Under the pieces are notes generated by a model. That model ran no database searches, was not told the origin of the DNA, and worked only from the letters and a program-made list of their open reading frames with translations. Below are positions 35,800 to 45,635 of a stretch of DNA of 45,635 bases, in pieces. The stretch spans positions 33,429-79,063 of the forward strand of contig JBJCIZ010000631.1 in assembly GCA_051294375.1 (NCBI GenBank), given 5' to 3'. The stretch is from Paraspadella gotoi. Its lineage: Eukaryota > Animalia > Chaetognatha. The translations under genes and the position numbers were made by a program. Positions within the stretch are counted from its first letter, which is position 1. The number at the start of each line of letters is the position of its first letter.

Positions 35800-38700
35800 T
35801 TCAACACATTAGAAGTCTTTGTTTGGGAACACCCTGCTCAAGTGCTTCGTCGAAGGCTCTCTAAACCTCAACGGTTTCTTCGGGATCGTTGGGAAGAAGT
35901 CTACCAGCGTCGATCTCTGGGTGTCGAGCGAGTTGACGTTTCCACCACATCGAAGGTCTTTGCAACGCCTTCAACGGACGTAAGGATCCGGTGGCGCCTT
36001 CGGGACTGCTTTGATTGCGATTAGGGATCCTCGGACGAGCGACGACGCCGTCGAACGTATTTTGGAAATGTTGACGGATTGTGCATCGCCGCTCCTTCTC
36101 GAATATTGGCAGTGAGATTGAAGGCTGGTTTCGACTCGTTTTACTTCTTCGTCTTTGCGTTTTTTGGCTGCCACCGAACTTCGCGAAGCCTTCCTTCGAT
36201 TTCAACGCCGTTTTTTGCACCATCGGCGGCGACGAATAAGAACGGGAAGACGTAAGCGCGCCAGCAATATTGTCGCCGAGAAACTCGAGCGCCCGAAAGC
36301 CGTCTTCAGCGGGACTCCCCTTTCGGCGTTTTTTGTTGACTTCGTCGTTCGTTTGTAAGTCGAATTTTGATTCTCGCTAGTGCGGCGGACGAGAAAGATA
36401 TCGACAACTTCACGGCAATCCGACACTATACCCTCCCAAAATGTCACCGAGATGTTTAGAGACACTCTTCTTCAAGCGGACATGGCTTCATTCCCGACAA
36501 GCCATCCTTAGTGGACTGTAGCAATTTCCTCATCATCCTCAACGTCGAAGGCAGTTCTGGCTCATTTGGCGTCTTTGACAGAGCTAGTAGCGCCTCGACG
36601 CAAGAGTATACCAGCGGATACCAACGCGGAAAGTTGCGTAGCTAACGAGTTCTACGGACGATTCGATCTGCAATCTCTGCAGGAAGATGAAGGATGAGGC
36701 GTTGGAAAGTTCTGTCGGATTTCCTCTATCGCCTCAACAGCGCCCATAGGAAGCGCCGCTATCTCGATTCGCGAGTTGATCTTATCAAGTCGACGCGTGC
36801 ATCATCGGTTAAAGCATTGCATCGACAGGAGTCTTTAGTGACCCCGAAGTACCGGGAGCCTATTCTTCGGCTGCAAACCATCCCGACGGCGGATTCCGGG
36901 CGTCCAGCTCGGCCGTTCTCACCGCCTCCACCGAATCTTGAAGATTAAAGTTTCGCCGTCCGTCTTATTTCTATCTGACGTCATCACGGCGTCGACGGAT
37001 ACACTTCGCGCTAAAGGAATCAACAACATTTCTCTCTCGTATTTCGCCACGGTCTACGCGGCTTCGCCGACTCCGGAGATCGTCCCCGAAGCGCTGCTAC
37101 GGCGGCTGTTCGTGCGGATGCCTGGAAGCGGTTGCTGGTCGCCGAAACCGAATCGACGAGGATGCGTCTTCAGATCTCGAGCGTGCCGTCAACAAGAGCC
37201 ACGTGACGGCCCCGGACTGGAAGAAACGTCTATCGTCGGCGTCGAGGGAAGCGCGACATATTTTTTCTGCAAATTTCAAATCTTCAATGATCATCGGTTT
37301 TAGAGAGAGTTGCGTGAAGCGACGGAGATGGACATGCGCTTCGTCTCCGCATTCGATCGCGCATTTCGGTTAAGAACGGAAAAGAATTGAGAGAAGAAGA
37401 GAAAAGATTTTTTTAAAGGTCAGCACATCGAGCTTTGGCTACGCCGAGGGAGATCTGTTTATTCATCTTACGAAAAGAGCGGACGACGGCGGATGATTGA
37501 GCAGTTCCTGAGCGGCCTAGCAGACCTCGTTCTGGCGGTCGTGATGACGGATCTTCTCGTGAAAAGGATGCCACGTTTTTCAGATAAGTGGGCATGAAAA
37601 TTGGTTTTCTTTAAACAGTATCACCATTTGGATGATTTATCATTCTGTGATACTCTGTTTTTTCTTTGTATAAACCATGAAGTTCTCGACTGCAGGCCAC
37701 CGGCGACATCAAGGATGCCTGCGGCGTCAACAGCAACAATGTTTAACTTCTCGCATGAGCAGCCGCCGTCCTCAACAAATCCGGGCCAGAATTCGAACTT
37801 TATTTGCCCAAGTAGCGAGGATTGACATATTTCGACGATTGGAGCCCGCCGATCGCCGCTAATTCATCGCCTAGTTTTTTCCTGATGCTTCAACTGATTG
37901 GGAAGCGGTCTTCGTTTCGACAAATGCCCTACGAAGATGCGTCGTTTCTGCAGTTTAAAATTATCATCCTTTCCTTCATGTCGACGGGTCGACCACCGCC
38001 AGAAGAATGGATGCTGAAAAAACGACGCCGGGATTGCCGATTCGACGAGCAACGGGAAAATAAATCGTCGGGCGCCGCCGCCGATATGTCAGGATCGGCG
38101 TCGTGCGAAAAGACGTCGTGACTTTGCTGTTTAGCCGCCGAGCGGAGGCACGTTTTCCGCCCTGTGGTGCTAATCTAGATCGTCGTTGGTCAACGACGAT
38201 GCAGCTTTTGCATCAATGGACATTGGGAGAAATATTGCATTTTAAACGTCCATTTTGCAATTCATGCAGTCCATTCAGCTTAGTCTCGTTTTTAAAATCT
38301 TCTCGGATCTGAGTCTACTCTCTCTAGGCCAATGGTGAAAAGAAGAAAGATTTCTTCAGTTGACGACGCGTTCCAACTGGATCTGGAAGATGTCCACGCC
38401 GTCAATCTTCTTTCGTCGGATGACGACGCTTCATCGGCGCGAGAAAAGATTTCTTCTTCTGCTCATCTAGTGGATGCCGAGATTCGAAATTCGTCGCGGT
38501 AGTAAGGATGCTCTCATTGCGATGGGAAAGGACCGTCGGCGGCCTACTGCGGCCAAAGGATCGCCGAGCTCCGCGAGGTTTCATCAATTAATCTGCCGCG
38601 AGATTCGGCGACTTTTCGACGCCGATTATTCTTCGCCGGCGCCATCGACGAGGTCTCTGTCAACGTGCGAGATGACTTTGTTATGGAGCGAATTCTGTCG

Positions 38701-39830
38701 ACGATACGTTTTATCAACGGGCAAAAGAAAAGTGAAACTTACTTCCATCGAGATTTTTCTCTGGATCGCGACCAGTTCCATTACAAAAGCGACGCCGGAG
38801 ATAAACTTCTTTTACGATGCCCCGGTGTTGCGTTACGGCGTCATTTTGTATCGTCGCGTCGAGGTTTTGTCTTCGAGTATGTATTCTCGTCATTGCCGCC
38901 AATTTCGTCTCACCGTTTGGTTCATGGACTTTTTTCGAGTTGTTTCTGTTGGACGAATTTGCAAATCGTCAAGTAAATTTGGGATTAAAAAACATCGAAT
39001 CTCTTGATCTCATGATATTTCCTTGGTGGACGAATGGAGATGCGTCCTGATGTTGCTAATTGGGTCCTCTCTCTAACGGAAAAATGGTGATATGGATTTG
39101 GTTCCATGAAGCGGACTGATTTTTTCTTTGGATGCTGGGATCAACGTGGCCAATTACAAGCGTCTGGTCTCCATGGAAACCAAAGATCTTCCGGGTTTGA
39201 TCGCCGAGAAATCAGCGGGCGTCGCCGCACTCGTCGATTCTCCCGTTTTCACCGCCCATTTCTCCGCTGATTCGTGGATGCTAAGAGATGCTGCCTTTGA
39301 TTTGCGCGTGTTGGGGTCCTTTGCGTTTTGGAAATGGTCTTCAACGTGGTGAGCGGCAAGATGCATTCCTCGAATCTACGTCGATATCCGATCGACAGCG
39401 AATCGCCTCTTTCGCTAATTGTATTTAAAACTTTTCGGTTCTGGGATCTACTTTGGAAAAGATTCGCCTCTTTGTTGGTCGTCTCCTTCGTCGACTGCGG
39501 GGGGTTGAAGCGCGTCGACGGCCTCCTTGGCCTTCTCGGCTCCCCTCCGAGACGAAACGTGAACAATTCCATCGTCTTGGCAGTGATGCCAATGATTTCC
39601 TACCTTTAACGCCAGCTGACTTCTCATTTCCCCATCCGGATCTCGAGGTCGGCCAGCTCGTCCTCCTTGACGACGAGACCAAGTTGACGAGCGTGTGGAG
39701 GCCTGGCGTTAGTGAAGGGTGCGTAGCAACGACTCGTACGGGGGGCGCGCGTTCGTACGGACTGAATGGAATAATCTTCAGCGGCGATCTAAATTCGCCA
39801 GTTTGGAGTCAGACGAGAGAAAGTTAAAAT
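35800..39830 (+). mobile_element. Degenerate BEL/Pao retrotransposon gag-pol region (pseudogene)
   Basis: Fragmented motifs in the right order: FRQMPY (~37915, RT-like), MPRFE (38474, cf. TIPRLEL), LLWSE (cf. WSDS), W/LVHG (cf. WFHGP), DANDFLPLTPADF (integrase tail), DLEVGQLVLLDDETKLTSVWRPG (DUF5641-like). Many stops, frameshifts and deletions. Confidence 0.8.
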
Positions 39831-40616
39831 AAATACAAATACCTCGTCCCTCAAAGATCTAGAAACTCTTTGTGCTATTTTCCATTATTGCTATGCATTT
39901 CCGAAGTTTTATTTTACAGAGGCCTCGGCCGAAAAACGAAAATTCGTTTTCCCAATTTTGCTTAGTTTTCGCTTCGACCGAGATTCCCCCATAGGGGGTG
40001 TACCTAACCAGAAATTCTGATTAAATTATTTTTTAGGTTTTAACTTTTTGATTATTGATTTTTACTGTTTAAGACTATGTTTTCTTCAGATTCTGTTTTG
40101 TTTTGGTTAGTATATTATTTAAGAATTTATTTTATTAATTTAAGTGCTTGGAAGTAGGGTTTTTAAAAAATATTTAAATTATTTATTTATTTTCGGTTTT
40201 TGTAAGTGCAGTCCCTACTCAAAATTTTTTTCTTCAGATTTTAATGGTAAAAATGGAATTTTCGAATGGTTCTGATTTGATTAATATTTTATGTACGAAT
40301 TTCACCCTTTATAGTAAGATCAAATTGGGATTTTGACGTACAGTTGTAACCGTTTATACCGAATTCGTTCGTATTTTCGTTTTTTATCGTACGTCAACCG
40401 CGTGTCTGTTATTTTTTTATTTGTAGATTTTTATCGGAAAAAAGAAAAAATATTTACACATTGCCTCATCTTTAACGGGTTTTGATTTTGACGCCGCCTT
40501 TTTAGCGGCGTTGTAGTCTTTTTTCTCCTTTTTTCCCGTTTTTAATAAAATTTTCAAAGCTTAAAAATACAGACCTCCGCAATGAGGCGGTATTGCTGCT
40601 CCTGGGGTTGTGTAAG

Positions 40617-40820
40617 CAAGGCGTCCGGGCCATTTCATGAGCTTACGTGACGCAGCTGTACAAGCATGGCGTCCGGGCCATTTCATGAGCTCACGTGACG
40701 TAGCTGTGCAAGCATGGCGTCCGGGCCCATCTCATAAGCCCATGAGACGCAGCTGTGGAAGGAGGTGTTGAGGCATGGCGTCCGGGCCATTTTCATGAGC
40801 CCAGGTGACGCAGCTTGGAG
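40617..40820. repeat. 48-bp GC-rich tandem repeat, 4 copies
   Basis: ggcgtccgggcc at 40620, 40668, 40716 and 40777. Confidence 0.9.
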
Positions 40821-41549
40821 GAGGCACTCTGTGAGGTTTTTTGATCCGTCCACCCAGTTGCCAACAAGAGAGCCCTCCACCCGGGATGGCAGCGGCGAGA
40901 GAGGCGGTGTTGATAGTCCATCCTGTCCGTCGTGCTCTCTCTTTGTATACAGTGGGCAGCCTTGGTGTCCGCGGGGTCCTGGCGGGGAAATCTTGAGTAT
41001 GTTTTTTATTTTTTTTTTTTAGGTTATTTTGCCGGGACGGGTTAGTATACAGCCCTACCCTCCCTTATGGAGATATGGGGGCTAAAATCTTATTACGGCA
41101 CATAGAATCATTGTTTGAGGTTTGGGGTGTACGGAAGCTCCCTCCCCTGTTGAAACCACTGAGCTATTTAAATATTGGTGGTTAATGTCACGTGATTTAC
41201 TTACCTGTTTTTCTATGGTTACACTTATGAGGCACGATAAGTGGGTAATATTACGCGCATTGTGTCAACTTTTATTGGCATCCGAAACAATTATTAAATG
41301 TGCTTATGATAAGGTAAAAGTCGTTAAAGTGTGCCTTTGATTATTAATTACCTAGGCTGAGTAATAATCCACACTTTCTCGCATCATTGTAAATACGTTT
41401 AGTTTTTTCATTTTTTTTTTTGTGCTTATTTTTTAGTTCAATGGAACTCAACGGATCCGGTTCTGATTCGCCAGTAGGTCAGTGGTTTCCTCTGGAAATT
41501 TCATCTGACGGCGTCTCAGTAAACATTTTTTCAATAGAGATGTGGGTTC

Positions 41550-41692
41550 GTGTGTCTGCGTCCGTACTACGGCCAGACAGAGTTTTTCATTTAAATATTT
41601 TTTCGTTTTTTGTGTCCGCGTCCGTCTCTACGGCCGGACAATTTTTTCATTTTTTCTGTCCGTGACCGTCTCTACGGCCGGACAATTTTTTT
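41550..41692 (+). repeat. Three imperfect direct repeats (tgtccgcgtccgtctctacggccggacaattttt)
   Basis: ctacggcc(a/g)gaca occurs three times at irregular 40-60 bp spacing. Confidence 0.75.
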
Positions 41693-43346
41693 ATATAAAA
41701 AATGTGGGGCGCAGAGGTTTTTTCACTTTTTTGTGCGATGGCCCCGATCGCGGAAAAGAATTAAGTTTTTCGTTTTTTAGAATCGCCTATGGCGTTTTTT
41801 AAAGTAAAATGATTTAGAGATTTTTTTATTAAATAACCGAGCGTTTTTATTTATACGGGTTTAATTTTTTAAATGATTAGGATAATTTTTTCTATATTAT
41901 TAATTATTCCTTTTCGTTTTTTTTTTATTTAAATTAAACTCCGTCAAGAGCGCGAGTCATCCTTGGCTCTTTTTCGGGTATTTCTCTAAATGTTAACAGG
42001 CCCCGCGCCTGATAGGATTAGACATTTTTTACTTTAAATACGATGGCGCTCTAAGCCTTTCTAGAAGGCTTTTTTCTTTTCTGTGGGCTGAAAAGCCCGT
42101 CTTCTTTTTTGGATTTTAATTTATTTACGTAGTTATTTAAGGTCCGGGATCACTTCAATTCAAATTATAATTAGCCTAAAACCGGAGCTCGGATTTCGAA
42201 AGGAGAGCTCCTGACGATTCCGAAAATGGTATTCACTTTACTATTTTTTTCAAAGGCGTCATCGTTTTTTCGATTTTTTTTGTACTATATAAAATAAAAG
42301 AAACCTATTTGAAGATTTGCAGCCCAAACGGTAAGGCGGTTTCTCATAAAATTTGGCATGAATTACTTTTAGGTCACTAACTCCAATTCTATGAAAAGAT
42401 ATTTTCAAATTTGCCATCCTTCATATAAAATTTGATTATTTTAATCAATTTTTGGGATTAATTCCTTGATATCTTTGAAACGAAAAACATTTTTTCAAAA
42501 ACGCGCTCATAGAATCTCTCCCACCTTTCCTTTCTTGCCCAAGATATTTTTTTCTTCAAGAAGAGTCAAAACGGTTTGAGCTGCAACTCTTCGTTTTTAA
42601 CTTCACTTCGTCAAGAAAGTTAAATTCTGTACTCATTAAACTCATTAAACATTTACATAAAGTAAAAAGTCAAATTGAAATAAAATTCGATAAGTTTTTT
42701 AACTCATAAAACTCATGAAAGTATAAAAAACCGTCTGGAAAATGTGAAGAGTAGTTTGTTTTAGACTTATTAGTGATACAACCCCATGTATGTACTTGTA
42801 CCAAAGGAAGAATTAAATATAAGAAGTAGAAATTGAGCTTACTGTAAAGAATCAGTTTTTAAGTTAAAAATTTAGTTGTAGAAATTTAGCTTACATATAA
42901 AAAAAATATTTTTCTCTTGAAAATCTAGTTTTACCGAAGAAAAAATTTTGTTTAAATTTTTATGAACATTTTAGGTAGATTTTTAAAAGTTTTCGAATAA
43001 TTTTTAATAGAAAACCTCTTACAGGATATGAGAAAATGATTAAGATACAGTAAATTAAGATTTCTACAATTTTAGGTTGAGTGATCCTGGCCTTAACAGT
43101 TGATTTATTTCTGTTATTTATTTCGTTTTTCTGGTTTTATTCAAATTCAGCTGAAAAGCTGGATTCTCCTGTGGCGGGAGTAAAGGGTTGGGACTCCGAA
43201 ATACGGATTCGGTTTCCTGTAAAACGCGGCAAAAAACGTTATTTATTAATCATTTTCTTTCAGTCGCGTTCAAAGGCGGATTTCCTATTTTTTCTGCACT
43301 TAGCAAATCTTTTTTATGGGAGTGCCCCGTTTCAAAAGCCTTATTT

Positions 43347-44474
43347 ATTATCGAGCCTTGACCGGCGAAGCCGGGTAAGGCTCTATAATGTTTTAGGGTT
43401 GCTTCTTTGTGACGTCGTCGTCGTCGTCCGTCACGCTGTTTTGTTATATAAAAACTACTACGCTTTTATAGGTTTGGCTGTGACTTACCGTTTTTTTTTA
43501 AATAAAAATTATTATGAATTATGATAAAGTTTTACAAAAGTGTGCAATCATAGTAAGTTAAAAAATTTAGATATGGCTTCTCATTTTGAAATAGCTTTGA
43601 TATTTTCTTATTACATATGGAATTAAGTATTTTTTGTTTGAATTTTCACTTCATTATGATTTACTGCAATATGCAAATGAGATTATAGTAATCATTATAA
43701 TATCCAAATTAGTATATAGAAATGCTTTAATCTAATTTACATATTGCAGTATATAATATTGAAGATGAAATTCAAAAAAATTTTTTTAAATTTCTAATAA
43801 AAATGGGAACTCAAAGGATTTTTTTAATGAAGCTATATCTTAATTTTAATACAAATAAAAATCAAATCTTTTACAAGCTGCGATTGGAAAAAATTGGAAA
43901 AATTTCCAAATGTAAACCATTGTAACATTTTTTGCCTTTCTTTTATTTCTTTAAATTATATATATATATTTGTCTCTCTTTCTCTCTCTCTCTGATCGAT
44001 CTCATGCCTGATCGTTCGTTTTTTGAAAAATTCTGATTATTTTTTTCCTTCTAAAAACTTTTATTATTGCCATTTATTCCGCGCTTTTTTCACAATACAA
44101 AATCCCAAATTTACATTCGAGATTCTCTTGAATTTTTTGGAGAAAATGTTAAGAATATCTTACTTGACCTGCATTTCAACCAACTATGTCGAGGAACATG
44201 ATCTAATAACGCGTTTTGATGGCAACGGAAACGTTACGTGTATTAAAAAAATCAACTTGACCGAGATCACGTCACCGTTGCTAGGCAACGGATAACCGAT
44301 ATAAACGAGAGTGAAGGTGACCTAATATTGCGTATCGTTGGCGGGAAAACTTTTTCTCTCTTCTCTCTCACCTCTCTATCTCTTTTTTTTTTTTTTTTTT
44401 TAATTTTGTCACTTTTTTTTCACCACCGAGTTCCGGCTCTCTCCTCTCTCTCTCTCACTCTCTCTCTTCTCTAT

Positions 44475-44511
<37 letters not shown>

Positions 44512-44835
44512 TTTTTCTACATAAAAATCTTTAGTACTTTTTTTCACCACCGTCACTCGCGACGAGTAAACTAGTTCCGGCTTCTTTCAGCTTCAGCTTC
44601 TTTCTCTCTCTCTCCTCTCTCTCTCTTCTCTCTCTCTCTCTTCTTCTCTCTCTCTCTGTACGATCTCTTGCGTGATCGTTCGTTTTTTGAAAAATTCTGG
44701 TTATTTTTTTCCTTTTAAAAACTTTTATTATCGCCATTTTTTTAATACAAAACCCAAATTTACATCCGAGACTTTCGTGTTTACATTTTAGAATAACGTA
44801 TAATGACATGCAATGTCACATGTGCATCAGCTAAT
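43347..44835 (+). mobile_element. Helentron/DINE-1-like element family B, second copy (3' end not seen)
   Basis: High identity to 22097-23510. Clean 5' hairpin gagcctt-gaccggc-gaa-gccgg-gt-aaggctc followed by tataatg and (gtc)n. Confidence 0.75.
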
Positions 44836-44955
44836 GTGACAGTAGGCGATACCTGTATGTATGTATTTTATCATTTTTTAAAAAATAATTTTTTTTGTTT
44901 TTATTTATTACTTTACAAGTTTGGGAAATGTTTTCGTCAACGATTTTTTATTAGT

Positions 44956-45013
44956 ATACGGACATGTTTCGACTCTTCATTTCGAGTCTTCATCAGCGGT
45001 AATGATGCATTAA
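44956..45013 (-). ncRNA. Minimal type I hammerhead ribozyme
   Basis: Reverse complement reads cgCTGATGAagactcgaaatgaagagtcGAAACatGTCcgtat. Confidence 0.88.
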
Positions 45014-45523
45014 CAAATTTGTGTAAAAGAAGGAGAGAGAGAGAGAGAGAGAGAGAGAGTGAGAGAAAAAGAGAGAGAGAGGCCAAAAGTTTCCAACACA
45101 GAGATAGTTGTTAAAGAATGAGTCAAGTTTGAGTTGAGGACGATAAGTGTGAAAAGAAGTGAAAATGGTCAATTGGTGAAAGAGAGAGAGAGAGAGAAAG
45201 ACAGAAGGAGAGAGGGAGAGAGAGAGAGAGAGAGAAAAACAGGGAGAGACAAAATAATACATTATGTAATGTACAACAAAGAATAAATTTAAACTAATGG
45301 TGAATTTAACAATTATTCTAGTAATAAATAGATAGTAATGAAAGGAAAGAAAGTTTTTAAATATCAAATGATACATTTTGTGAGGATAGATAAGTGAATG
45401 TTAAAGTGAAAAATTAAGAATTAAGATAGATCTCAAACTTTTGGCCCCCTCTCCCTCTCTCTTCTTTCTCTCACTCTCCTCTCTCTCTCTCTCTCTCTCT
45501 CCCCCTTCTTTACACAAATTTGT

Positions 45524-45582
45524 TAATGCATCATTACCGCTGATGAAGACTCGAAATGAAGAGTCGAAACATGTCCGTATTA
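45524..45582 (+). ncRNA. Minimal type I hammerhead ribozyme
   Basis: CTGATGA at 45540-45546, stem II gactc/gagtc, GAAAC at 45566-45570, GTC ending at 45575. Stem I is cg/cg extended by taatg/tatta. Confidence 0.88.
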
Positions 45583-45594
45583 GGAACTTTTGGC

Positions 45595-45628
<34 letters not shown>

Positions 45629-45635
45629 ACTCTCC

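Larger units (their letters stand above)
44950..45635. mobile_element. Penelope-like pLTR (minus strand) with inverted and tandem partial copies
   Basis: 44956-45092 is the inverted repeat of 45436-45580, and a further unit starts at ~45585. The minus strand is homologous to 25549-26030. Two hammerheads are present. Confidence 0.75.

Noticed and set aside
41400-43000. Possible DNA transposon or MITE remnants
   Set aside because: I could not identify terminal inverted repeats, TSDs or a second copy.
43081-43524. 147-aa ORF
   Set aside because: It crosses the boundary into the family B element, has a GTG start and shows no recognisable motif.

Overview
AT-rich, repeat-dominated eukaryotic (probably invertebrate) scaffold with three N gaps and no recognisable conserved host gene. 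Bases 1-19 kb are a satellite array of ~49-bp monomers organised as a ~1.4-kb higher-order repeat. The array flips orientation across a 100-N gap and is interrupted by a 1.05-kb unique island encoding a ~200-aa protein that looks like a catalytically dead DEDDy 3'-5' exonuclease fold. About 11.0-15.4 kb is an indel-rich duplicate of the following region and is probably an assembly artefact. From 20 kb on the window is a nest of mobile elements: two families of Helentron/DINE-1-like non-autonomous elements with internal minisatellites, Penelope-like repeats with three minimal hammerhead ribozymes, a 643-bp TRIM-like element whose terminal repeats hold a tRNA-type Pol III promoter, a CCA-ended tRNA-Lys(CTT) retrocopy with a 20-bp target-site duplication, a non-autonomous LTR element with a Gag-like ORF and a CpG-poor foreign-looking insert, and a decayed BEL/Pao pol region. 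All protein family calls come from motif recognition by eye; no searches were run.
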